DNA of 64,000 bases from Planctomycetota bacterium (lineage in GTDB: Bacteria > Planctomycetota > Planctomycetia > Planctomycetales > Planctomycetaceae): assembly GCA_016872645.1 (NCBI GenBank), contig VGZH01000017.1:4626-68625 (forward strand), read 5' to 3'. Positions 49,356 through 58,835 of the stretch are shown here, piece by piece. The notes beneath the pieces are model-generated. The model saw only the letters and a list, made by a program, of their open reading frames with translations. It made no database searches and was not told where the DNA came from. The number at the start of each line of letters is the position of its first letter. The stretch's first letter is position 1. Both the position numbers and the translations under genes were made by a program.

Positions 49356-49850
49356 ATGAGTCTTAGCCAAACGCTTTCGCAAGAATTTCCTCGGTTAATC
49401 GGATTGAACTCGTCTCAGCCAACAACGGTCACGCTGCCGACGACCGATGGCGTCGACATGTCGGTCGACTTCACGATCGTCGACACGCTGAGCTGCGCGT
49501 TTCGCGAGTTGCGCATGGATGTTCCGCGACTCGCCGGAGCTTCGTTCGCGATGCTCGAACACTGGGCTGAAGACTTGTCGAAGCGGATCACTTATCTGCT
49601 CGAAAACATCGGCCCGCTGGAGTTCGACCCGACGACACAGCAAGTCCTCATCCGCTCGAAATCGCCTGACCTGCGTACCGGTGGAGCGAAATACTACGAG
49701 GTGCTGTTGCAGTGCCAATCCGCCGGACGATTCGTCCTGCGCCGGTTCCATTCCGATCCCGCTCAATGCGGTCGCGATCAAGTCGATCTGACGATGACCC
49801 ACGAGACGCTGCTGAAACTCGTTGAAGATTTGCTGGCCACGGTCCCGTAA
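49356..49850 (+). CDS. Hypothetical protein (164 aa)
   Basis: ORF with coding-like composition. I recognise no motif. Confidence 0.45.
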   Translation: MSLSQTLSQEFPRLIGLNSSQPTTVTLPTTDGVDMSVDFTIVDTLSCAFRELRMDVPRLAGASFAMLEHWAEDLSKRITYLLENIGPLEFDPTTQQVLIRSKSPDLRTGGAKYYEVLLQCQSAGRFVLRRFHSDPAQCGRDQVDLTMTHETLLKLVEDLLATVP

Positions 49851-50195
49851 GTTGTGTGAAACGCATTCGGCAAGTGTATTTTGTGAGGTAGGATTGGCTG
49901 GAAGCCTCTCCCGCTTGTCGAATGGGCCTGCGATGACCAAACACGCTCGAAGAATTCGACCATCAACGACTTACAACCCCCTTGGCAGTTCTGCCCCGCA
50001 TTTCTCACAACGAGCTTTGGCTGGGATTCATTTAGCGCAACGAGGTCATTGTTCTGGTTGTTTTTTGCCGAGAGCGTTGGGACACGATTTGCGGGAAACG
50101 CGGGGGCGGTTTTGAGAGGCCGAGCCATGTTTTCGGGACGTGGGACATTATCTGAGCACACGCGGTGAGTGGCGGAGGTCGCGACGAACTCGCAT

Positions 50196-50700
50196 TTCAC
50201 GCCACACTTTTCGTGAGGAACGCCGGCGATACAGGTCGTAAGGTGATGTTCATCTCGCAGGCCAAGGATTGCGGACTGCGCCGGTCACGGAGGTTGGCCA
50301 GTACGCGTGCGAACAATGTTTGGTATGGGCAGGCCGACGACAGGCGGAGCTAGATTTTGCGGAACGTCAACGTCACCACGGCTCCGATTGTCGAGAGCTT
50401 CGTCCGCAGCGTGCCGCAGCTTGCGGTCGCCAGTTCGGTTCCCTTCAGGCCCTGTTCGCGGAGCACGGCCATGAACAACTACGCCAGTGTCGAGAACCAC
50501 AGCCGTAGTTGATTCGCACGCATGGTTGCGCAACTCGTGCGATCGGTGAATCGGCAGAGCGGTTGTTCCTTGTGGCGGTTTTCCACTTCGTCGCGAGCAC
50601 AGGATTTGTCTTTGTAGGTCGTGGGTGCGTCGAACTCCGTGGCGGGGAGGTTCGTGACGACGAACCGCAGGCTCCGCTCCGTTGAGCTCGCTGAAACGGC
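50196..50700 (-). mobile_element. IS1380-family transposase gene remnant (C-terminal third only, decayed)
   Basis: Reverse-strand translation: RSLRFVVTNL...YKDKSCARDEVENRHKEQPLCRFTDRTSCATMRANQLRLWFSTLA*LFMAVLREQGLKGTELATASCGTLRTKLSTIGAVVTLTFRKI*LRLSS. This matches the RFVVTNL / YxxRGxxENxIKE / DRxSC..ANQxRL pattern I recall for IS1380 transposases. There are in-frame TAG stops at 50479-50481 and 50350-50352. Confidence 0.65.
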
Positions 50701-50810
50701 TGTCTCACCTACGCTCCGTCCTGACCCACACCCATCACCCCTCCAAACCACACAGCCACAACCCCCTCAAACTCTCATAAGACCTGGCGTGACTTCCGGG
50801 GACACTCCAA

Positions 50811-51080
50811 GTGAATCCTCCGCTTTACGCCGGACTGCTCACGTGGCACGCGGTGTTCTACATCTCCGCACTCATCGGCTGGTGGTTCCAGCGCTCCGGC
50901 CGACGATCGGTGTTGTTTGCGGCACAATTGATCTTTGTAGCTCTCAGCACAACGACAGTCGCCGCCCTATGGGACGCCGTTCGTGGCCGCTTCCGCGCGA
51001 CGTGGCAAAAAGTTAATGCAAAAAAAGAACCCGAAGCGTCACCAATGGAGAACGCTCCAGGTTCATTTGCGAATTGTTGA
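50811..51080 (+). pseudogene. Possible C-terminal fragment of a family-2-like glycosyltransferase
   Basis: LLTWHAVFYISALIGWWFQRSGRRSVLFAAQLIFVALSTTTVAALWDAVRGRFRATWQK resembles the membrane tail of many GT2 enzymes. There is no catalytic domain upstream, only the IS remnant. Confidence 0.35.
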
Positions 51081-51085
51081 CCTCG

Positions 51086-54000
51086 TTATGCCCGTTCTGC
51101 CACGCGTCGTTTTTGTTCGCGGTTCCACATCCACAACAGGAGTGGGCTGGCGATGTAGATCGTGCTGTAGCAGCCGACGAGTGTGCCGATCAACATGCAG
51201 AATGCAAACCCGTGAATCCCTTCACCGCCCATGGCATAAAGAATAACGACGGTGATAAACACGATCACTGCGGTCAGGATCGTTCGTGAAAGCGTTTGGT
51301 TGACGCTGTCATTAACCATCTCGATCGTCAGTTGCGGATTGCGGCCGCGGATTTCTCGGATGCGATCGAAGATCACGATGGTGTCGTTCAACGAATAGCC
51401 GACGATCGTCAAAAGCGCTGCGACGATCGACAGGTTGAGCTTGAAGTCTTCCAGGCCGAGAATCGGCCCCAGTGGAGTTGTCGAGAGGTAGTAGGCCAGC
51501 GGCAAGCATGCCATGGTGAAGAACACATCGTGGAACACGGCAACCACGGCCGCGATGCCGAAGTCCGCTTTCGTGAAGCGGAACCAGAGATAGACGATGG
51601 TGGCGACACCGCTGGCAAGCAGCGCCAGAATGGCCAAATAGCGCATATCTTCAGCGACGGATGACGAGAAGTTGCTGACCTCTTCAAAGATTGGCGTGTC
51701 CTGCAGGGTCGCCTTCATCGCCGCGAGAGCTTGGGTCAATTCTGCTTCACTGACGGTTGTGCGAACTTCGACGAGCATCTTGGTAAAAGTTTTCGCCTTG
51801 TTGTCTGCAGCAGTGAGTCCGGAACCTTGTCGTCCAGAGATGCGGAACAAGGCATTGGGATTGGCATCAGCGTAGGCCTTCTCGTTGACGTCGCGGAGTG
51901 CTCGAATCAAGTAATCCGCTGCGGTCGACGTCGAAACTTCGCTACTGAAAGTCAGTTCGGTCTGGTACGCGTCGGCAAATGGGTCAAGCGGAGCGGTAAC
52001 GTCCAATCCGTCTGACGGCTTGTCATTTGATTTCGGGGAATCATCGTCAGACGTGGTCGTGACAGGTGTCTCTGCCTTCTTCTCGGACTTCTCCGCGGTC
52101 TTGTCCTCTTCGGCGGTTTTTTCTTCCGCTTTCGGCGCGGGCTTATTCTCGGAGGGATTGTCCGCCTTTTTCGGTTCGTCGTCGGAGGCAGGCTTTTTGA
52201 CTTCGTCGGACTGGGCTGCCTTCTTCTCGGAGGAATCGGTCTTCACTTCGTCTTGCCCGGCAGCGCCGAGGATTCGAGCATCTGGCACTCGCAGCGAGGA
52301 AGTCTTGGCGGCTCCCTTGGAAACAGGCGTGGAATCAACCGTCACCTTTTTCAATTCGTAATTGCGATCATTAAAAGTCGAAGCGATGCCAGCACTGATT
52401 TCTTTGGTGTTCTGCTCTTTCGTACGGAGTCGGAACTGCCGACCGCGTTCGCCACCTGGGGGATCTTCGGGCACTGCGAGTCTTTCCAACGACATCGAGT
52501 CAAACGTTTTTTGTAGTTTGCCACGCACGTCATCGATCTGCTGGTCATTCACGAATTGAAATGTCACGCTCGAACCGCCGCTGAAGTCGATATCCAAGCT
52601 GTCGGAGCCACGTGCCAAAAGCAGCGTTAACCCGAGGACAATAAAGCTGATGGAAAATGTGACAGCGGCTTTCAGCTTGCCGATGAAGTCAAATTTCGGG
52701 ACACCCATGACTTTCATCATGTTCAGCTTCGTGATCCAACGCTTTCGTTCGGCGATATCGAAGACCAGGTGCCCGAAGTACAAGGCCGAGAAATTGCTCA
52801 TGCAGATGCCGATGAACAGCGTCACCGCGAAGCCTTTGATTTGATCGGTGCCGATCATGTAGAGCACGACTGCGGCAATCAGCGTCGTCACATTCGAGTC
52901 CCAAATCGCGGTAAAGGCTTTGCTGAAACCGTTCTGAATTTCCAACCGCAAGCTACTGCCCCGCTCCATTTCTTCGCGCATGCGTTCATAGATCAACACG
53001 TTTGCATCGACCGACATACCCAACCCCAGCACCATTCCGGCCAAGCCGGGCAGTGTGAATGTCGCGTTGCAAATCACCATCACGCCCAGCGTGAGTACAA
53101 GATTGAGCAAGAGCGAGATGTCAGCGACCACCCCGCTAAACCGATAATAAATTGCCATGAAAAGAAACACGGCCAGGGACGACACCCACAGAGCCAAAAT
53201 TCCTTTGCGTTGCACGTCCGCTCCCAGCAAAGGACTGATCGAGAACTCGCTGATCGGAGTCGAATTGATCGGCAATTGCAAAGCGCCGGCATTCAATACA
53301 TCAACCAGTTTTTTCAATTCTTCATTGGAAAAGTTGCCCGTGATTTGACCGCTGTCGCGAATCGCACTATTCAAATTTGGAGCAGAATGGACTTGGCCGT
53401 CGAGGAGAATCGCCAATTGACGCTTGCGACCGTCGGTCGTGGGCTTATTGCGGTCGGTCAACCGGAAGAATCGCATCGCTCCTTCCGAGTCGAATGAAAA
53501 GTTGACGCAGGCCGTCGCGTCCTCAGACATTCCGATGGATGCTCGGCGGAGGAAGTCCCCCGTGACGCGGTCCTCGTCCGGCTCTTGCATGATGAGCACT
53601 TGTGTGACAGTCGTGTCTTCTCCTTTGCGATTCTTGCGAGTCACCCCTCGAGTCGCCGCAGTGGACGGCACGTCCCCTTTTTCGGCAACTTCTCGCCATG
53701 CGGCGACGATTTGTTTGTCTTCCAAGTAGTTGTCCTGATCAGCGGGAAGTCGACGCGCGGCTGCGATCGGACCACGGTGATCTTCTTGATTGGCAACGAT
53801 CCCAAACTCCAAGCTACCCAATCGAGTCATCGCGGCTTTCTTCTCCGCCACGACACCTTGATCCGCTCCAGGAATGATGATCTCGATCCGGTCCTGGCCA
53901 ACTTTTCGGATCGTGACTTCTTCCGTGCCCGATGGATTGATGCGCTTACCGACCGTGCTGACCATCTGGTCGACCGCTTTGGAAATATCTTTTCCTTCCT

Positions 54001-54346
54001 CAGCGGCCTTCGTGGTTTCGATCTGGTAGATCAGATTTGTGCCGCCCGCGAGGTCGATTCCCCAGCGGAGTGCGTCCTTCCAAGCTTCGAACTTGCCAGC
54101 CTGAATGATGTGATAGCCAAATGGAGCCAACCCCAACGTGAGTGCAAACAGCACGGTGCCGATGCGGTTCGAGAACTCCTTCAGCCGCAACGCGCGAGCC
54201 AGAAGTGCTCCGACCACAAACGGAGTTGTGCAGAGCACGATGAGCATTAACAACCGGAAGCCGATGTCGGCCACCTCCGGTGCGTTAGCTGCGGCTTTGT
54301 CAGCGGCATCCGCCAACAGTGACAGTCCCGTCGAAAAATCGTTCAT
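51086..54346 (-). CDS. secDF: Protein translocase subunit SecDF (fused)
   Basis: SecD periplasmic domain and TM bundle (GLGMSVDANVLIYERMREE), followed by SecF (GYSLNDTIVIFDRIREI). A large low-complexity insertion lies in the SecF periplasmic part. Confidence 0.92.
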   Translation of the reverse strand: MNDFSTGLSLLADAADKAAANAPEVADIGFRLLMLIVLCTTPFVVGALLARALRLKEFSNRIGTVLFALTLGLAPFGYHIIQAGKFEAWKDALRWGIDLAGGTNLIYQIETTKAAEEGKDISKAVDQMVSTVGKRINPSGTEEVTIRKVGQDRIEIIIPGADQGVVAEKKAAMTRLGSLEFGIVANQEDHRGPIAAARRLPADQDNYLEDKQIVAAWREVAEKGDVPSTAATRGVTRKNRKGEDTTVTQVLIMQEPDEDRVTGDFLRRASIGMSEDATACVNFSFDSEGAMRFFRLTDRNKPTTDGRKRQLAILLDGQVHSAPNLNSAIRDSGQITGNFSNEELKKLVDVLNAGALQLPINSTPISEFSISPLLGADVQRKGILALWVSSLAVFLFMAIYYRFSGVVADISLLLNLVLTLGVMVICNATFTLPGLAGMVLGLGMSVDANVLIYERMREEMERGSSLRLEIQNGFSKAFTAIWDSNVTTLIAAVVLYMIGTDQIKGFAVTLFIGICMSNFSALYFGHLVFDIAERKRWITKLNMMKVMGVPKFDFIGKLKAAVTFSISFIVLGLTLLLARGSDSLDIDFSGGSSVTFQFVNDQQIDDVRGKLQKTFDSMSLERLAVPEDPPGGERGRQFRLRTKEQNTKEISAGIASTFNDRNYELKKVTVDSTPVSKGAAKTSSLRVPDARILGAAGQDEVKTDSSEKKAAQSDEVKKPASDDEPKKADNPSENKPAPKAEEKTAEEDKTAEKSEKKAETPVTTTSDDDSPKSNDKPSDGLDVTAPLDPFADAYQTELTFSSEVSTSTAADYLIRALRDVNEKAYADANPNALFRISGRQGSGLTAADNKAKTFTKMLVEVRTTVSEAELTQALAAMKATLQDTPIFEEVSNFSSSVAEDMRYLAILALLASGVATIVYLWFRFTKADFGIAAVVAVFHDVFFTMACLPLAYYLSTTPLGPILGLEDFKLNLSIVAALLTIVGYSLNDTIVIFDRIREIRGRNPQLTIEMVNDSVNQTLSRTILTAVIVFITVVILYAMGGEGIHGFAFCMLIGTLVGCYSTIYIASPLLLWMWNREQKRRVAERA

Positions 54347-54494
54347 CGAGTCTAATTCCTCAATTTCATTTTGAAGTTCAGCGAATTTTCGCCGTTGTCC
54401 TTCGCCGCTTTCATAGGCTGGATGCAGGATCCCAATTTGTCAAAACGCGGTTCTGAGACAGTCCCAACCGGCAATGAATTGCCGCTCTCGAAAG

Positions 54495-54854
54495 TCAGCT
54501 TCCCGCCGGCTTGCTCGCGTCCGTGGGGGACGATTCGGCCAGCGGCCCCTGAATAGCGCTTCGCAAAAAGCGCAGCTTGACATTGTCGTCTACCCGCAGC
54601 GTGACTTCTTTATTGTCGTCCGAAAAGCCTGTGATCGTGCCAATGATCCCAGAGTAGGTCACGACACGGTCGTTTCGCTTCAGGTTGGCGAGCTGTAGTT
54701 CGCGTGCCTTACGTTCTCGGCCCTGCGGTCGCAAAATCAGGAAGTACCACACGAGGACAATCAGCACCATCGGCATCAGCAAAGACGGCAGCGACGGTGC
54801 TGGTGCTGCTCCTTCGGCATCGGCCAAAAGCATTCCTGCACTCAAAAAATCCAT
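54495..54854 (-). CDS. yajC: Preprotein translocase subunit YajC
   Basis: LLMPMVLIVLVWYFLILRPQGRERKA, then NLKRNDRVVTYSGIIGTI. Located upstream of secDF. I prefer ATG 54854. Confidence 0.9.
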   Translation of the reverse strand: MDFLSAGMLLADAEGAAPAPSLPSLLMPMVLIVLVWYFLILRPQGRERKARELQLANLKRNDRVVTYSGIIGTITGFSDDNKEVTLRVDDNVKLRFLRSAIQGPLAESSPTDASKPAGS

Positions 54855-55619
54855 GTCGGTTCTCAATTTGGTGCCGCTGCCAACGAGGAGCCAGGACGCT
54901 CTGACCCTAAGCCACACAAGGCGTTCCGCTCACACTTCCGGCCGCGAAAGGAGCGTATCTTAGGAGCGACCAACCACCCCGGCAAGCTGGGAGGAATCGT
55001 GGACGGGATCGCACTGAGTGACACTATTTCATCCCTTCTCCATTCGGAAGAAGGTGCGGAAAGCTGTAAGAGGGGCGCGATGATCAGTTAGCTCCCTCGG
55101 CTCAACCCCTTCGCGATGGAAGCGAGAGGGAAACTGGTCGATTACCCAAACCAGGCACGCCGACTCGTTCGTTCCCGGCCAGCGAATCGTGGTTCTCTTG
55201 TCCGTTGGGGGGGCTTAGCGTACCGCCACCTTTGCTGCCGGGCGGAATTCAGCCAACCACTCGAACGACCACCGTCACGGCAGGTGTCTCGGAAACGTCA
55301 CGATCGGCTTGTGATACGTGAACCAGATCAATTGAGGGTCCGGCATGGAAAATGATCGCCGCTGACGGTCAACCGTCAGCGATTTCCTTATCCGACCTTC
55401 GGCCACCCTCTCTTAATTGGAAGAAGGGATGTGGTCGAATCGGTGAAACGATGATGTTGATTTGTCAAACCGATCTCAATTGACCAATTCTTCGAAGTAC
55501 GATTACAAGTGCATTCAACACGACCGCACCAGCGCGTGGTGTTTTCTCTGTCGCTTCTCCCGTTTGTTTTTGATCTATGCAGGCATGACGCCTGCATCGC
55601 AGTTGGCAGGAAGGCCATC

Positions 55620-56366
55620 ATGAGTTGGGCTCGCCTATTGGGTTCGGCGGTTTCTTCGGCACCTCTGCCCCGTGCCGTCGTACGGCATTTGTTGTTCACG
55701 CACCAGATCGGCATGGGCTCGCGCGTGCTTGTGGTCGGTTGCGGACATGGTGAGTTGGTGCATTTCTTCGACGATTTAGGAATGGATGCTGGTGGGCTCG
55801 ACGAGTCTCCGGACAATGTCGACTGGGCGGCGGAGCACGAGCCGCGATCTGACTTCCGATTGGTTTCCTCTCCGGCCGAAGCTTCCTTGGAATACATCCG
55901 GAATGACGAGCCGTACAACCTGATCGTCGTCCGCCACTTGACGACCTATAACGGCAATCTTTTTTGCCCTTCGAGTTTCCTGGCGACCGCCAAGTTGTTG
56001 CAAAATCTTCGCCCGAACGGCTGGTTCACTTTCTTGGTTCATCGCGACAATAGCCGCCCATCGAATTGCGAAGCTCACGAAGTGTCCTGCTTCACGCGAC
56101 ATCTGTCATTTTTTCCGGGGACATGCCGTGTATCGCGCTTCGCCGACTGCGAACTGTCGACCATCGCCAACGACTGGCTGCACCTGCACCGCCACCACGG
56201 CGAGTTCGTAGTCGTGTCGCTCCGTATTCCTCACGTCGCACTTTCCGCAACCGAGTGGCGGCGTCTGGCGATACAAGCCGCCGAAAGTCAAGTTCACAGT
56301 TGCTGCTCGTGGGCCGCGTCTCAGGAGTTGACTTATCAACCTGCGTTGGCAAAACGGGCAGGTTGA
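55620..56366 (+). CDS. Class I SAM-dependent methyltransferase
   Basis: VLVVGCGHGELVHFFDDLGMDAGGLD motif I. I prefer the start at ATG 55620. Confidence 0.7.
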   Translation: MSWARLLGSAVSSAPLPRAVVRHLLFTHQIGMGSRVLVVGCGHGELVHFFDDLGMDAGGLDESPDNVDWAAEHEPRSDFRLVSSPAEASLEYIRNDEPYNLIVVRHLTTYNGNLFCPSSFLATAKLLQNLRPNGWFTFLVHRDNSRPSNCEAHEVSCFTRHLSFFPGTCRVSRFADCELSTIANDWLHLHRHHGEFVVVSLRIPHVALSATEWRRLAIQAAESQVHSCCSWAASQELTYQPALAKRAG

Positions 56367-56380
56367 AATCCAGCCGCACG

Positions 56381-57049
56381 TCACGAGCCAGTATTGGAAC
56401 CGCCTGTCGCAGACATCGCGAGTTCACGTTTCGCACGTGCGACCATGTCACGAACGTGCTCGCGGTTTTCCGACAACCTCGCGAACGCCGGCTCGATCCA
56501 GCTATTGAGGAAGATCAACACCACAGCCGCTGCCAGCGCACTGAATGTGGACCAAATCGACTCGCCAAAGTTGCGAACGATGGCATTGACCGTCGCGTTG
56601 CCATTCTGGTTTTCGGCTTGCAGTGCCGCTCCGATTGCCAACACCGTGCCAAGAATCCCGGCCATCGGATACGCCTCGATCATTGACCGCCACACGTTGT
56701 AGATCGTCTCGAACCGAATCGCGTGCAAGTAGCGACGCTTTTCGTCGAGGATGCTCATCCGAATTGCCAACTCCTGCCGCTCGGCCGATCGAGCGGGGAT
56801 ATCCAAAGCGTCTTTCACATCGGTGAGGAATGCCTCGATCTGATCGGACAGCGGCAGGCTGCGATCCAACACGCTGCGATTTCGCAGGCCACGAGTGAAG
56901 TCATCCAAGTTCTGTGCGATTGTTCGTAGGTTGTGCCGGTACGCCATCCAGAGCATCACGAACATGACCAGATGGCCGATGAACGCGCATAGGATGACTG
57001 GTGTCGAAAGCTCGGAGAGTTGTTTGAGGAGTTGGGCGGAGATGTGCAT
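56381..57049 (-). CDS. MotA/TolQ/ExbB proton-channel-family protein (orphan)
   Basis: Topology is TM1, a long helical cytoplasmic segment, then TM2/TM3. The family-like segments are AYPMAGILGTVLAIGAAL and ESIWSTFSALAAAVVLIFLN. Confidence 0.65.
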   Translation of the reverse strand: MHISAQLLKQLSELSTPVILCAFIGHLVMFVMLWMAYRHNLRTIAQNLDDFTRGLRNRSVLDRSLPLSDQIEAFLTDVKDALDIPARSAERQELAIRMSILDEKRRYLHAIRFETIYNVWRSMIEAYPMAGILGTVLAIGAALQAENQNGNATVNAIVRNFGESIWSTFSALAAAVVLIFLNSWIEPAFARLSENREHVRDMVARAKRELAMSATGGSNTGS

Positions 57050-57151
57050 GACGTTTTTGATGAAGGGGTGATAAAGCGAGGGGGCGACACGGTAAAACGC
57101 CGCAATGAGCACCTTCACCTTGTCACCGTGTCACCCGCTGACCTTATCACC

Positions 57152-57778
57152 TCATACCCCCAGCCGCTCCAAAACGTAAAGGGCACTTTCGGCTCGCAGG
57201 TTGGCCCCCCAAGCCTCCGGGACGGCTCGGCGTTTGATGATCGGCAGTTCGCGGATGATGCGGAAGTTCTGCTGCCCGCACAGGCTCCGAAAATCCCGGA
57301 GCGTCATGAAGTGGATGTTCGGGCTGTTGTACCACTCGTAGGGAAGCGATTCGGTGATCGGGGCTCTTCCTTGCCAAAGCACCTGAAACCGCACTTGCCA
57401 GTAGCCAAAATTCGGAACAACGACCAACCCGCGGCGAGCCACTCGCAGCATTTCGTCCAGCACGAATTGCGGTCGCTGCACCTGCTGCAACGTCTGGCTG
57501 AGCACCGCGAAATCAAACGACTGATTCGGGAACTCCGACAACCCCCCATCGAGGTTCGCTTTGACCGCCGGCACGCCACGCTCGATCGCGCCCAACAGAT
57601 GTTCGGCGTCCAGCTCGACCCCTTGAACGTTGCAGCCATGCTCGTCGCGCAGTCGTGCCAGCAGTCGGCCATCCCCGCAGCCCAAGTCGACGACTCGGCT
57701 GCCACGGTCCACGTGCTGCAAGATGATCTCGTCCGTCAGCGCCGCCGTTGGGTCCGGCATGCAATATCGCCTGGGCAT
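57152..57778 (-). CDS. metW: Methionine biosynthesis protein MetW-like methyltransferase-fold protein
   Basis: RVVDLGCGDGRLL, FDFAVLSQTLQQVQRP and VVPNFGYWQVR match the MetW pattern. No metX is adjacent. Confidence 0.75.
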   Translation of the reverse strand: MPRRYCMPDPTAALTDEIILQHVDRGSRVVDLGCGDGRLLARLRDEHGCNVQGVELDAEHLLGAIERGVPAVKANLDGGLSEFPNQSFDFAVLSQTLQQVQRPQFVLDEMLRVARRGLVVVPNFGYWQVRFQVLWQGRAPITESLPYEWYNSPNIHFMTLRDFRSLCGQQNFRIIRELPIIKRRAVPEAWGANLRAESALYVLERLGV

Positions 57779-57927
57779 CGAAACTCTCCCTGCCTACATC
57801 AAAGAAACGAGGAACTTCCGTATTGGAATTCCGCGAACGCTTTCCCTTCGGTTTTTTCCTCCGCCCAGATTCTTCTGCCAAATCAAAACAGGGCAGAGGA
57901 ATCAGGATAGCGGAATAAAATGAAGGC

Positions 57928-58758
57928 CTATGGTCCTGGGACTTTCTCGACTTTCCTTCGGCAGCACAAATCAAACTCGTCGCCAGGAGAGAGCAGTTCA
58001 TACTTTTGATCGACCGGCTTCGGCCAGTAGCGATCATGAATCACGACCTGGCTGGCTCCGATCACTTTGAAACGTCGGCCGGTGACGACGATTGCCGTTC
58101 CTTCGTCGATGCCGATGCCCAGCAGTCCCGGGTACGTGTCGAGAACTTCCGCGAGGTCGTTCTGTCGCTTGCGAGCGATCACATGCTGGTCGATCGCTGT
58201 GCAATTCATGAAGCCGAAGCCGATTTCATGTCCCTTCGCCATCATGACTGTGTTTCCTTCGGGAGCGCCGCGTACGAGGTACGAGCCCTGAATCGTCGCT
58301 CCGGCCGAACTGCCGCCAATCACTCCGCCGCGATTCAGGACGCAGAACAACTCCCGATGCGTTCGGGTATCGAGATACGAATCTGCGAGTCGCCACTGAC
58401 GGCCGCCGTCGATCCAAACTCCCTTAGCTCGTCGCAGCGGTGCAATGAAGTCGTCGGAATCAGCGACCGCTCGATCGCGCGTGTGCAGGACCGCGATGTC
58501 TTTCGCACCGGCGCGAGCCAGAAAGCTTTTTGCCACGTATTTCTCGTCCCAGTCTTCGCCTGAATTTGCCCCCGGGACCAGCACGAACGGCGAGTCGATC
58601 CCGCCGGCTCGGTCGATGAACTCTTGGACGATTTCTTTTCCCATCCGCCCGCCGCCGACGATCAGCAGCGTACCGTTCGATGGGCCGACCGACTGAGCTG
58701 ATGCCGTCGAGACCAACAGCCAACCGCTCAAACACATGATCGCAAAGCTAATCCGCAT
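57928..58758 (-). CDS. Exported peptidase S51 / cyanophycinase-like protein
   Basis: Signal peptide. IGGSSAGATIQGS is a nucleophile-elbow motif typical of cyanophycinase-like enzymes. GIGIDEGTAIVV is also present. Confidence 0.78.
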   Translation of the reverse strand: MRISFAIMCLSGWLLVSTASAQSVGPSNGTLLIVGGGRMGKEIVQEFIDRAGGIDSPFVLVPGANSGEDWDEKYVAKSFLARAGAKDIAVLHTRDRAVADSDDFIAPLRRAKGVWIDGGRQWRLADSYLDTRTHRELFCVLNRGGVIGGSSAGATIQGSYLVRGAPEGNTVMMAKGHEIGFGFMNCTAIDQHVIARKRQNDLAEVLDTYPGLLGIGIDEGTAIVVTGRRFKVIGASQVVIHDRYWPKPVDQKYELLSPGDEFDLCCRRKVEKVPGP

Positions 58759-58779
58759 GACGTCACCTCATGGCGCAGG

Positions 58780-58813
58780 AAAAAGCCTCTGGCGATCAAT
58801 CATCGCCAGAGGC
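58780..58813 (-). terminator. Rho-independent terminator
   Basis: Perfect 12-bp stem gcctctggcgat/atcgccagaggc with a 5-nt loop, followed on the minus strand by TTTTT. It lies 23 nt after the stop of the 58836-59855 gene. Confidence 0.8.
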
Positions 58814-58835
58814 AAGATGGCCTCGCCCGGAATCG

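Noticed and set aside
54918-55619. Possible RNase P RNA, tmRNA, SRP RNA or 6S RNA in the long yajC-methyltransferase spacer.
   Set aside because: I looked on both strands for the conserved cores GAGGAAAGUCCGGGC and ACAGAACCCGGCUUA (RNase P), a tRNA-like GGUUCGAAUCC end (tmRNA), and GGUCCGGAAGGAAGCAGC (SRP). None is present. Only generic hairpins remain, and these are reported as a low-interest finding.
56381-57049. MotA-like protein as the ZorA component of a Zorya-type defence system.
   Set aside because: At 222 aa it lacks the long ZorA tail. There is no MotB/ZorB-like or nuclease/helicase gene nearby, and the neighbours are metabolic. It is kept only as an orphan-stator observation.
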